Shown: positions 12,101 to 21,622, counted from the whole stretch's first letter. The stretch: 24,605 nucleotides of DNA, filler included, from Haliotis rufescens (GCF_023055435.1; 2 parts of 2 records of this genome joined end to end with filler, not necessarily neighbours in it); one strand, 5' to 3'. Notes: generated by a model from the letters alone, not told the origin. Made by a program: numbers and translations.

Positions 12101-12932
12101 GGATCCTGACACGGATAAGGGAGATAACTGTGCACCGTAAATAGCAGTGGTTTAGATCAATGGGCAAAGATAACTGATCGTAGTCAAAATTAAATAATAA
12201 TTGGGATGAAATTCAAGTTTGGGACCCAGTCCAAGGTTCGATATATCGCAATGTTTGTTTATCTCGAATTCGAGATATGTTTGCAAATGTATATGTGTTT
12301 ATATTCAGTAAGAGGTCGGGACCGGAGGACAGGCTCGTGATACATTCGATAAAATGGGGTTCGAGATAACGAGTTTCGACTGTATATGGCTTAAAATGTG
12401 ATCACTCAATCTTTTCACACAACCATTTCTCAAGATATCTTTGAGAGTTTCTCTGGCCCACACAGTACGCCGTGATAGACGTGGAATGTTGCAACATCAT
12501 AAGACAGACAAGTGTAGATTGTTGGCGTTACTTTGCTTCTTGGGATCACAAAGAAAGTCAAACGTAATATTTTCTTTTCTGTTCGACATTTCACCATAAC
12601 TTGAACTCAAATTTGAAAATTGTGAATGACTGTGTTGAAATCTTTTAGTTACTGTTGATAGATACAATCAATTCGGACATGAATACCGAATTCTGGTGTT
12701 GGTTTGCAGGGGCGCTCACCTTCGTCGACTCTTCCACGCTCTGGACGCGAACAAAGACGGTCTCCTGTCCCCCGATGAACTCCACGTGCTATTGCAGTCA
12801 GCCGCTTCTGAATGTGGTGTTGAAGTACCCAAGTCCACTGCTGAGCAGATTGTAAAGGAGCTCGATGTCAGTGGAGACGGCAAATTAAATTTCGAAGAGT
12901 TTCTTGTTTTCCTCGCTGCCGTGGCGAGTTAG
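7169..12932 (+). CDS. Calmodulin-like protein with four EF-hands, 154 aa, join(7169..7315,9154..9248,12710..12932)
   Basis: GT-AG introns with compatible phases (0, then 2); 465 nt in total. Loops DVNNDGYLNMEE, DTDQNYKITLDE, DANKDGLLSPDE and DVSGDGKLNFEE. Too divergent to be canonical calmodulin. Confidence 0.92.
7955..8272. repeat. Degenerate three-unit tandem repeat (~110-140 bp) interleaved with (GAGT)n
   Basis: ACTACTGCA.ACACACA...GC.ATGTCA.GG.TA...TCAGGA recurs at about 7955, 8067 and 8208. Confidence 0.75.
8793..9093 (-). mobile_element. 5'-truncated CR1-like LINE 3' end with 12-bp target-site duplication
   Basis: Minus strand NNIFKAVQMFISHTNRFG* followed by a 3' UTR with AATAAA. GTTAGTTAGTTG flanks both sides (8781-8792, 9094-9105). 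Confidence 0.75.
9108..9142. repeat. (GAT)n microsatellite next to the exon 2 acceptor
   Basis: Direct reading. Confidence 0.9.
9154..9248 (+). CDS. EF-hand gene coding exon 2 (EF2)
   Basis: Acceptor TTTTTCTCCCAG; AMFAKLDTDQNYKITLDEFLAAMAPIERKEK; donor GTAAGT at 9249. Confidence 0.92.
9399..9556. repeat. 79-bp tandem duplication (2 copies, 2 mismatches)
   Basis: 9399-9477 versus 9478-9556. Each unit ends in TTTTCGCGAACACCTGGTATC. Confidence 0.92.
9880..11660 (-). mobile_element. Decayed L2/Crack/Daphne-like LINE (RT domain to 3' end) in intron 2
   Basis: Minus-strand motifs YRGISILNVIGK, EAFDYVNR, GVQQGCVLSPLMF, LLFIDDVVIF, YTYLGLTFSSRLSW, LLYGSEI and ILGETGR, with many frameshifts. Confidence 0.88.
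11939..12027 (+). mobile_element. Diverged tRNA-Asp-derived SINE head
   Basis: Colinear with the first ~90 nt of the 19754 copy. Confidence 0.7.
12030..12112 (-). mobile_element. Diverged fragment related to the tRNA-Leu-headed SINE
   Basis: Minus-strand B-box GGGTTCGAATCC; similar to 18790-18905. Confidence 0.5.
12220..12384. mobile_element. One end of a pogo/Tigger-like (Tc1/mariner superfamily) non-autonomous element
   Basis: Ends TTCGAGATAACGAGTTTCGACTG|TA (CAGT-type terminus plus TA target), with repeated subterminal TTCGA(G/T)ATA motifs. The other end was not found. Confidence 0.6.
12710..12932 (+). CDS. EF-hand gene coding exon 3 (EF3 and EF4, stop)
   Basis: Acceptor TTTGCAG; GAHLRRLFHALDANKDGLLSPDE...LDVSGDGKLNFEEFLVFLAAVAS*. 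Confidence 0.93.
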
Positions 12933-13072
12933 ACAACCCAGATAATACCCCTCGGTAGTGTTAGATGTAATACTGTCTCAGTGTTAATTGATGTTTCATC
13001 TATACCGATACGTGGCAAACAGTATCAAACTTCTTAGATCACTACTTTGTTTGTATATCTCTTCTGATATGA

Positions 13073-13078
13073 AATAAA
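13073..13078 (+). promoter_or_regulatory. Probable polyadenylation signal of the EF-hand gene
   Basis: First AATAAA, about 140 nt after the stop codon. Confidence 0.6.
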
Positions 13079-13196
13079 TGTAAATGTTCAGATATGCATT
13101 GTTTACATTATGTTCTGAAAACCTTTTGACACTGTTGGGTAGACAAGCGTGTATGTTACGAGTAACTTGTGCACATATATTCATGTGGGTAATGCT

Positions 13197-13367
13197 GGGA
13201 GCGGTGGGGTAACCTTGTGGTTAAAGCGTTCGCTCGTCACGCCGGAGACCCGGGTTCGATTCCCAATATGGATACTATGTGTGAAGCCTTTCTGGTGTTC
13301 CCTGCCGAGAAATTACTGGAATATTGCTAAAAGCGACCTTTAATCATACTCACTCAATCATTCACTC
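13197..13367 (+). mobile_element. tRNA-Asp-derived SINE, full length
   Basis: A-box-like GTGGTTAAAGCG, CTCGTCACGC (GTC anticodon-like), B-box GGTTCGATTCCC, shared tail and (ACTC)n. Confidence 0.85.
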
Positions 13368-13513
13368 GAAAGAACAGACTAAAACGCTCATCGGCTGATC
13401 TGTGACTTGGGTAGTTGTTGACCTTGATCGTTGCGTAGCCAATGAGAGTACTTCTGGTGTCGCGTGAGGAGTGAGGTTCTCTGCAACTAACTCACATGAA
13501 TGGAACGGTATTT

Positions 13514-13574
13514 CCCGTGAAGATCCGCGTTAGAATAGGTCTTCAGCAACTCGTGCTTGCCGTAAAAGGCGACT
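13514..13574 (+). mobile_element. Head-only copy of the tRNA-less short retroposon
   Basis: CCCGTGAAGATCC...GGTCTTCAGCAAC...TTGCCGTAAAAGGCGACT matches 14001-14061. Confidence 0.8.
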
Positions 13575-13617
13575 TGCCAAAGTTAGGATCTATGTGGTTT
13601 ATTGGACTAAGGACTAT

Positions 13618-13747
13618 TGCCGGCTCCGGCGCACTCAACCAACAGATTCCCTTCTTCTGGCGACACAGGGACGCAACCCACGGCAAACAGGCTACCCAGT
13701 TTGGTCGCCTCTTACGAGGGATACATTCTACCCCGGGTCCTCACGGG
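13618..13747 (-). mobile_element. Variant head (CCCGTGAGGACCCGGGGTAGAAT...TCGTAAGAGGCGAC) with a different GC-rich body; possible LINE 5' UTR fragment
   Basis: Shares the head motif with 14001, but the downstream sequence is unrelated. Confidence 0.55.
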
Positions 13748-13999
13748 GGCGCCGTGCATAAGCATGCACCAGCAAATTGTGACTCACGACCTTAAAGTCG
13801 ATGAGATGCCTTCATGAAGGCCGTCATTGAAAGATGTATTATCCAATTTCAGAGTAAATATAATTTTATTGAACTTTATATTTAGTTACTTCTTGTTATA
13901 GTTCAATTCTCATTCCCTGTGATTCTAAACATTCTTCTTCACTTCTGTTTTGTCTCAACACCACCATTACTGCTTCAGTGGTGACTCCTATGACGTCTG

Positions 14000-14245
14000 A
14001 CCCGTGAAGATCCGGGGTAGAATAGGTCTTCAGCAACCCATGCTTGCCGTAAAAGTCGACTAACGGGATCGGGTGGTCAGGCTCGCTGACTAGGTTGATG
14101 CATGTCATCGTGTACCAACTGCGTGGATCGATGCTCATGATATCAATCACTGGATTGTCTGGCCCAGACTCGACTATTTACAGACCACCGTCATACAGCT
14201 GGAATATTGCTGAGTGCGGCATTTAACAACAAACAAACAAACAAA
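14000..14245 (+). mobile_element. Full-length tRNA-less short retroposon (SINE-like, probably bipartite LINE-derived) with TSD
   Basis: TSD TCCTATGAC(G)TCTG at 13986-13999 and 14246-14258. No A/B boxes. Shared GCTGGAATATTGCTG tail and (AAAC)n end. Confidence 0.88.
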
Positions 14246-14681
14246 TCCTATGACTCTGTGGAGGGAATACAAAACAGATCTCTTGAGTCCTTGAAACGGT
14301 CAGATTGTATATGTTTCCGACAGCCGTTTTAATTAAATTGGGCTAATTTACCTTTGAATGTTTTTTGTTTCCCCGTCGGCACGCTGACTCAAAATGGTAC
14401 AAAATATATTCTGTACATCCTGTGTTAGTTTATATTTTCGTCGGATCTTGTAAGGTTGTCGAGGTGAAGAGGACCTAAGTTTCCAGTGTTAGGATTCGTA
14501 GGATCCCAGTACATTTGTGTCAGCGTCGACAAAAATGTTGATGGGTTTGCCAGACTTTGCGACAGGTCTGATTGCATGTCAGTTTATCCTAATGGCACTG
14601 ATCGTCCATAATGCATTCTATCACACGTGCGCCCTGCTTCGGATTATTGACATGTCGCCGGATCCGTGAAGATCCGGGTAA

Positions 14682-14788
14682 GTGAGTAAGGGAGTATGGT
14701 TTTACGCCGCTTTTAGAAATATTCCAGCAATATCACGGCGGGGGACACCAGAAATGGGCTTCACACATTGTACCCATGTCGGGAATCG
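14682..14788 (-). mobile_element. tRNA-Asp-derived SINE, 5'-truncated
   Basis: Reverse complement of about 19813-19915. Confidence 0.85.
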
Positions 14789-15071
14789 TCGCTTCGATAT
14801 ATTGGCTGGCTTTGGTTTTAAAACACTATCTAGTAGTTGTTTTCGGACAATATGTTTTTATTATTTTTTTAATCGACTGGGAATGTCAAATATAAGTTTG
14901 CTTTGTCTTAATTTAGGAGTGTACAGTTGTCAGTGCGAGTAATGCGGGTGTTGTCTCTGTCAGCTGCACGTGAAATATGTTCACTGCAACTGATGCACGT
15001 GCATCAAGCGGAGAGTGAGGTCAGTTAAGCACTGAGATGTTAACGCCTGTATCACTGGGATTCGTACCAAT

Positions 15072-15429
15072 GGGTGAGGTGAGGTGAAATGGGGTTTTAC
15101 GTCGCGTCCAAGATTATTGCACTTATAAAGTGACGTGCATGTACGTGTGTGTGTTTGCGTGGCTGCTTATACTAGTCCGGACTGATGCCGATTTATAGTG
15201 CTAGCTCACTGAGATACCATGCCGCAGTTTAACATGAATACCCAACTCAGACACAGTATACTGACTCCGAGCCGACCAGTCCTTGTTTTAGCCCCTTAAT
15301 GCCGAGCGCCAGACAGGGTAACAACAAGTACCATCTTTTGATGTCTTTTGGTATGACGCGGCCGAGGATCGAACCCCGGAACTTCCGCACTCCGGGCGGA
15401 CGGTCTACCGGTCTACCACGGAGGCGGTC
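15072..15429 (-). mobile_element. Full-length tRNA-headed SINE with a Meta(MESC)-like central domain
   Basis: Minus strand: B-box GGTTCGATCC, then GTCATACCAAAAGAC...ATGGTACTTG...CTGGCGCTCGGCATTAAGG, CAGTGAGCTAGCACTATAAA and a (CACCT)n tail. The domain name comes from recalled similarity to molluscan SINEs, not an alignment. Confidence 0.8.
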
Positions 15430-15806
15430 TCCTCCAATGAGGTATCCAATGAGGACAGCTACGAGACGTAAATCTGCGCATTGGGATGTCGCATCTAGGC
15501 CTCGAATCACCAGTATCCACCTCTACATCTATGTATGTATTCTAAAGTATTTACTCTGTTGTCCATCAATAATTTAAGCATTACACCCAGTGGCTTGAAG
15601 ACAAATATTGCTTGTGGCATAGTGAGGATAATGAGTTTGTTCTTCGGCAAGGCCGTTTTAATTGGTAAATACTATTATAACGAACCATATCGAGTTTCCA
15701 TGGTCAACATATTGTGAAACAGCATCACTTTACAGAAAATCATTCAGCAATCAGACATGACAGGCAGTGGCTGCGTTAGACTGTATTTTTCCCTATTCCA
15801 TTCTGT

Positions 15807-16061
15807 ATGTTCCTTGAAAGAGCAATTCAGTATCTTGGGAATTCCCGGAATATCACACACCTGTCCGGCGAGATTCTTCACGTCCAGTTTCGTCGACACA
15901 GACAGTGTCTCCAATACTGCTGGATGACCACGCGATGTACAGCATGTACATGGAGTCCAAGATCATCTGTCTGTCGACTTCATGACGGGGAATATTCCGT
16001 GCCGCCTGAGACTCCGGTGAATACCAGCTGTCTCTTCACAGAGGCATCGACAAAACATCTG
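15807..16061 (+). CDS. PAN/apple-like exon (5' boundary uncertain)
   Basis: Cysteine spacing CxxxC-x5-C-x11-CxL; phase-0 donor CTG|GTGAGT at 16061/16062. Confidence 0.68.
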
Positions 16062-19000
16062 GTGAGTAAGGGTATATATTTCTTCACAGAGGCATCGACA
16101 AACATCTGGTGAGTAAGGGTATCTCTTTCTTCACAGAGGCATCGACAAAACATCTGGTGAGTTACAATATCTCTTTCTTCACAGAGGCATCGACAAACAT
16201 CTGGTGAGTAAGAGTATCTCTTTCTTCACAGAGGCATCCACAAAACATCTGGTGACAGAGTAAGAGTATCTCTTTTTTTCACGGAAGCATCGACAAAACA
16301 TCTTGTGAGTAAGAGTATCTCTTTCTTCACAGAGGCATCCACAAAACATCTGGTGAGTAACAGTATCTCTTTCTTCACAGAGGCATCGACAAACATCTTG
16401 TGAGTAACAGTATCTCTTTCTTCACAGAGGCATCGACAAACATCTGGTGAGTAAGAGTATCTCTTTCTTCACAGAGGCATCCACAAAACATCTGGTGAGT
16501 AAGAGTATATCTTTCTTCAAAAGCCCAGTGGGGATTCCGGGTAAGGCTATAGGTCCTCAGCAAGTTCTTTGTTGTGTCATTACGAAACTATAGTTTACTG
16601 AAGTATTTTCTTTCAATGGCCACAAACAATTAAAATCGGCATGCAAACACATACTTCCAGATCACAGGCGTCATGAAAGCAGTCACATCACCTTGGGTGA
16701 GTAACAGTATATATTTATTGACAGAAGCATCAACATCCCATCAGACGAATAACAGTGTATGTTTAATGATTTATTGAGCATCCACATCACATCTTGTGAG
16801 TAACAGTATATATTTAAGAAATGAATTTCACTTTGTGGTGGATTACTGGAGTATGAACGCATTGAACCTCGCAAGTCAAAGTCGTTGTCGTTGTACTGTC
16901 GTTGTACTATCGTTGTACTGTCGTTGTACTGTCGTTGTACTGTCGTTGTACTGTGTCATGCCGTCACACAGGACGGAAACTTTGACAATTTTTGTTGAAT
17001 TTATCAAATCATTGTAATGTATCTATTTCTAATTCCCTAATTCCTGCTACGATACTCTTCCCATGCATATTCTAGAAATATAGAGGCATTGTATCTCTCA
17101 AAATAGGAGTAAATGCTACACAGTGTAATATCCGAATTTTGCTTTGTTTACATTTCAAGCAGTTTTCCGAGCACAGCGTTCGTTTTCACACCTAATTTAT
17201 TTCGCTTGAGTTGATCTGGATTCTAAAATGTATGAGGAATTCTGGTATATATGTATCGCAGCTGAGTTTGAAATATACGTGAAATTGGCGTCTCATAACC
17301 GGCATACATGAACGCGATTTTGTAAACACTGTCCAATATGGCGAAAAGTTACTTCGGCGTTCGTGTTTTCGTATTTTCCAAAACATTCTAAACGATTGAT
17401 GGGTTATCGGCGACGTTTCACAATGACCATTGGTGATTTGATAAAAAAAACCACACCCACATGCTATTTTTGAAATTCAATTCTCCGATTAAATATGCAA
17501 TATTTTGATTTAAAAACATTCACCACATAACGCCGTGTTTTTGTACGACGTTCCAACTTTTCAGGGCATTTTCAGTAATGTTCCTTTGCCTAAAACGAGA
17601 TTTGGTAATATCACAGAACAGAGAATTTCCCTAGGACTTGAAAACCTTGAAGAGTATTTGTGTGCGTCATATATTTTGAATTGTTTTCGATTTCAAAGTG
17701 AGGATAGAAGAGGAGGGACATATTTGTCCCTGTGGCATTCAGGGGACAATGCGAATATGTAAATAAGTGTTTAATGAAACTTTTAGTGAAAAAGAAACGT
17801 TAATTTATCGTCCGACATTGCGGATGCTCACGATCGTGGAAAGCATTGAAGAGAATAGAGAATTGTTCCACTCGGGGATTCCCCATGAAAAGTAGTTCCG
17901 GTCCAAAATCGTGTAAACGTCAAAGGTGAAGTTTAAACTTAGTTTGTAAACGTCACTTTTTGAAGGCATGTGAAAAATGAACGGGTCATGTGATCAGCAG
18001 ATAAACCAATCAAATCATCGGAAATCCCTTAAGCTTCAAAATATATCTTATATATACATATCTTGACAGAAACATCCACATCACATCTGGTGAGTAATTA
18101 TTTATAGTTACTGACAGAAGCATCAACATCACATCTGGTAAGTACATAAGGTAGTATTTTGCAGACTGGTTTTACGTATATTGGAAAATGTGAAAACAAC
18201 ACAAGCAACGACATTTGGCACATCACTCTAAATATGATAGTAAACTCAGTAAATAAGCCTAAAAGAGTGTTACAGTATTCATGGCGCGTTATTGGGAAAG
18301 ATCACTTGAAATCGATTTCTTAATTTAAGCCGATAAGCAAAGAAACGAACATACTAGCTTATACATCTTATTTTTAAGCTCATGACCTAAAAACAGAGGG
18401 GCTTAAATACGTACATTCAAGGTAGCATAAAACTTTACTTTACATCAGTGTGCGTGCGTATGTGTGTGATTAACACTCAGTGAGTTAGGCGAATAAATCC
18501 TTGTTTGCATTAAGTTTGTTGTGTTAACGCCGCACTCAGCAATATTCCAGCTATATGACGGTGGTATATAAGTAATCGAGTCTGGACCAGACAATCCAGT
18601 GATTGCCATCATGAGCATCGATCCACGCAATTGGGATACGATGACATGCATCAACCAAGTCAGCGCCCCTTATGACAAGCATAGTCGCCTTTTACGGCAA
18701 GCATGGGTTGCTGAAGACCTATTCTAACCTTGATCTTCACGGATATTTCATGTATATCTCGGTGTGTCGCTATATTGTGGGAGTAAGGCTGAAGCACGGG
18801 AATGCATGCGCTGACAAAGAGATAATCATAACCAAGGCCAATCTTAGATTCGAACCCATGATTATAGGATTCTGGCACACCCAAGGAGCGCAAATCTGCA
18901 CAACACAGCAATTTTTCAACTCATTTCCATAAGAAATGTGACTCATTTTCAGCTAAATATGTGTAAAAAGAGTTATCTAGTTAATGAACAATTACAGGAT

Positions 19001-21577
19001 GTTAATGTTAATCTTAGTGTGAAATGACTTTGAGAAGAACGTAATCGTACCATCCTGTAAATGTATGTACCTCATGTCCTCAGAGAAAGCATCACCCGTG
19101 TCAAGGACGCCCCTGTGATGCAGCTCACACATGTGCTGCCGTGGAGGCAGCATCCAACTTCATCTGCTTATCTGTGCCAGGTGACAATAATTGACGTAAA
19201 ACCATACTCACTCATTTCTACAGTTTGACATACATGGAGGTCCATTTGGATGGTCTATCATTAGGCTTTACAGGAAACAAACGTTGAACCTACATTCTTC
19301 ATGACTTTAGATGTGATATTACACATATTCCGGTTTCGGAATACACACGCTTACTTAGTAGATGTTAAAACCAGAAATTCTGATGGTTAAATCTCTTTTT
19401 CAAGAATGTTATTAGTATGACCTAATTTCGGTTTCAGAAAACACATTCTTCCTGCATTAAGCCAGAATGGGTTCTGGTAGATCAGTTTGAAATGAAGTTA
19501 TTAGTACCTTCATTTTGCACTTTATCACTTCTTTTTTAACATAAAACTTTTGCTGCATTAAAATTGAATCTGAACAAGTAAATTACAGTAGCTTAATTTT
19601 GAACAAACCAGCAAAAATAACATTTTCCAAAATTCTCATATTCCAATAAAGCTTTTTTCAATATATTTACGCGGCATTTTGCATGCAATGCTTACATAAC
19701 AGAAACTAAAAATCATTATGGGATTTGATCGAACTGAATAGTCTCAGGATAGAGGGGCGGTAGGGTAGCCTAGTGGTTAAAGCGTTCGCTCGTCACGCCG
19801 AAGACCCGGGTTCGATTCCCAACAAGGGTACAACGTGTGAAGCCCATTTCTGGTGTCCCCCGCCGTGATATTGCTGGAATATTGCTAAAAGCGGCGTAAA
19901 GCCATACTCACTCAATCAGGAAAGAACAGCTTGAAAAATATAAGTATGCTTCAGACTGTTGCAAAAGAAAGAAATTATCTGCCATAAAAATTACATTGTT
20001 GCAATGTGTGTTGTTAAAACAAATATTTAAAAAAACAATCATTATGTATAAACTTAAACAGTATCTCAGAGAGCGGTCTGCTTTGACGATGAAGGTGTTT
20101 CATTTCAACAGGAGCGACTATGATGTGATGATCCCTTTATGTGTTTGATTGATAGATCCACGTAGTCTCACCAACTATACACGTATCTATATATATTTTG
20201 TCTAACCCACAGAATTATATACATACAAATAACGACTAAATTAAGAGGTTTACAATCATTACGTCATGTTTACATTTAATCCTAAATAAACACTAAATAC
20301 TTCATCTCTTCTCCAGAACACACCTTTGGTGATTATTATTTCGGGTCGCTAGCAACAAGAACTCATTGTGGATTAGCAAGGAAAGTAGTGTCGGGTAGGC
20401 ATTAGCACTTGCAATTATTTTGCTATTACTCAATTGAGTAGTAACGGCTTTGTAAGTAGTGCGTTTATACTGCTAATGCTAATACTGTCAGTGGTTACAC
20501 TTTTTATCACCATTTTGTATCGGTACATTAAAACTACCGTTGTTACGTTCGAAAATGTCTCTTTAAGAAGGTCATGTAGGATTCGACTTCTCATCTCTCT
20601 TTCGTTGAGTTGCCAACTTGCGATGGAAATCAAACTTGACTTTATAAGGGAGTTAAACTTTCCCATTACGTCAAGAATATTCCAGCAGCAAATACTTGCC
20701 AATGGTCCAGTTGATGTTGTTAGTGTATGTCAAACCCTGCTTAAGAATCCATAATGTGTCCAGCATATGGATCAACTAATTGATGGTCGTAAGAGGCTGT
20801 TAACTGATCGGGTAGTCAGGCTCATTGGTTGAGTCATCGTATCCCTATTGCGTGGACCGATGTTCATGATGTCCATTACTGGATTTTCTGTTCAAGACTC
20901 AATAATTTACAGACCGCCGTCATATCGCTTAAACATTGCGGAGTGTGACGTTAGAACAACGACACATACACACTTAATATTGTTCGAACGTGACATCATG
21001 CAATCATGAGATCGCCTCCATGTGGAGAAGACAAGTAATATTCGGAGGTCACCCAAGCACTCTTTCTGATCTGGCCGCTACTCGTTATACCGTGTACATG
21101 GTTAACATGATCCAGGATCTTGTGCTTATGTATTTCATGTGTATTTTCTTTTTTAATTTCAGGTTTCGAGTACATGGGTTGCTATCCCGATGACCCAAAC
21201 AGAATGTTAAAGGACTTCCGGGAAGAAAGTGATGTTATGACTCGGGAATGGTGCTTGGTGAAATGCAGAGAGGGCAACTATACATTTGCTGGTCTGGAGG
21301 TAAGTGAATACGTGTTTAACGTTGATTTACTTCGGATGTAACGGACTGAGTTTGATAGTCTCAGACACAATTGATTTTCGTCATATCCTGAGTAGACTGT
21401 ATATCACAACGGCTTTTGTTTCCCTTTCAGCACTACACACACTGCTTCTGTGGCGACTCCTATGTTGAGTCCGTGTACCCAAAGAAGGCCGAGTCCGAGT
21501 GTAACACGCCATGTACAGGGAATCCACAACAGATGTGTGGAGGCGTGTGGAGACTGTCCGTGTTTATATGTCGCTGA
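15807..21577 (+). CDS. PAN/apple + EGF-like + WSC domain-containing protein, join(<15807..16061,19084..19180,21163..21299,21431..21577); start unresolved
   Basis: Splice phases 0/1/0 give one continuous frame. PAN-like CLQYCWMTTRCTACTW.....CRL; EGF-like HPCQGRPCDAAHTC...FIC; WSC YMGCYPD...MTREWC...C....Y.FAGLE....CFCG...ECNTPCTGNPQQMCGGVWRLSVF. Confidence 0.8.
16033..16519 (+). repeat. Minisatellite, 10 units of mostly 47/48 bp, spanning the exon/intron boundary
   Basis: Unit TCTTCACAGAGGCATC(G/C)ACAAA(A)CATCT(G/T)GTGAGTAAGAGTATCTCTT. Older related copies at 16683-16815 and 18060-18145. Confidence 0.95.
16881..16954. repeat. 11-bp tandem repeat (GTCGTTGTACT)x6
   Basis: Direct reading. Confidence 0.92.
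18514..18742 (-). mobile_element. tRNA-less short retroposon copy
   Basis: Reverse complement of 14001-14230, with a duplicated TGCTTG.C.TAA..GGCG hairpin and a small deletion. Confidence 0.88.
18790..18905 (-). mobile_element. Diverged partial tRNA-Leu-headed SINE
   Basis: Similar to 22686-22792. Confidence 0.65.
19084..19180 (+). CDS. EGF-like cysteine-rich exon
   Basis: TCCTCAG| RKHHPCQGRPCDAAHTCAAVEAASNFICLSVP G|GTGACA. The 97-nt length bridges phase 0 to phase 1. Confidence 0.78.
19754..19915 (+). mobile_element. tRNA-Asp-derived SINE, full length with TSD
   Basis: A/B boxes, GTC anticodon-like loop and shared tail. TSD TCAGGA(T/A)AGA at 19744-19753 and 19916-19925. Confidence 0.9.
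20280..20710 (-). mobile_element. Possible highly decayed LINE endonuclease (APE) N-terminal remnant
   Basis: SICCWNI...K followed by HDLLKETFS resembles the WN and D....ET motifs; weak. Confidence 0.35.
20786..20960 (+). mobile_element. Diverged 5'-truncated copy of the tRNA-less retroposon
   Basis: Colinear with 14046-14230. Confidence 0.82.
21163..21299 (+). CDS. WSC domain exon (N-terminal half)
   Basis: Strong acceptor TTTTAATTTCAG; FEYMGCYPDDPNRML...YTFAGLE; donor GTAAGT. Confidence 0.92.
21431..21577 (+). CDS. WSC domain exon (C-terminal half, stop)
   Basis: Acceptor TTTCCCTTTCAG; HYTHCFCGDSY...ECNTPCTGNPQQMCGGVWRLSVFICR*. Confidence 0.92.
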   Translation, partial: HYTHCFCGDSYVESVYPKKAESECNTPCTGNPQQMCGGVWRLSVFICR

Positions 21578-21622
21578 CACAGGTCAATTGATGTACATGG
21601 GGAATAATTGAGTGGAGAGAGA

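Noticed and set aside
16033-16519. CRISPR-like array
   Set aside because: Units repeat end to end with no unique spacers, there are no cas genes, and the context is a eukaryotic intron.
19754-19830. tRNA-Asp gene (also 13197), and tRNA-Leu genes at 21627, 22832 and 23874
   Set aside because: No acceptor stem. They continue into SINE bodies and tails, occur in multiple copies, and one has a TSD.
20434-20754. 106-aa + strand ORF with a hydrophobic N-terminus
   Set aside because: No ATG start, intronic, no recognisable motifs; probably the antisense of a decayed TE.
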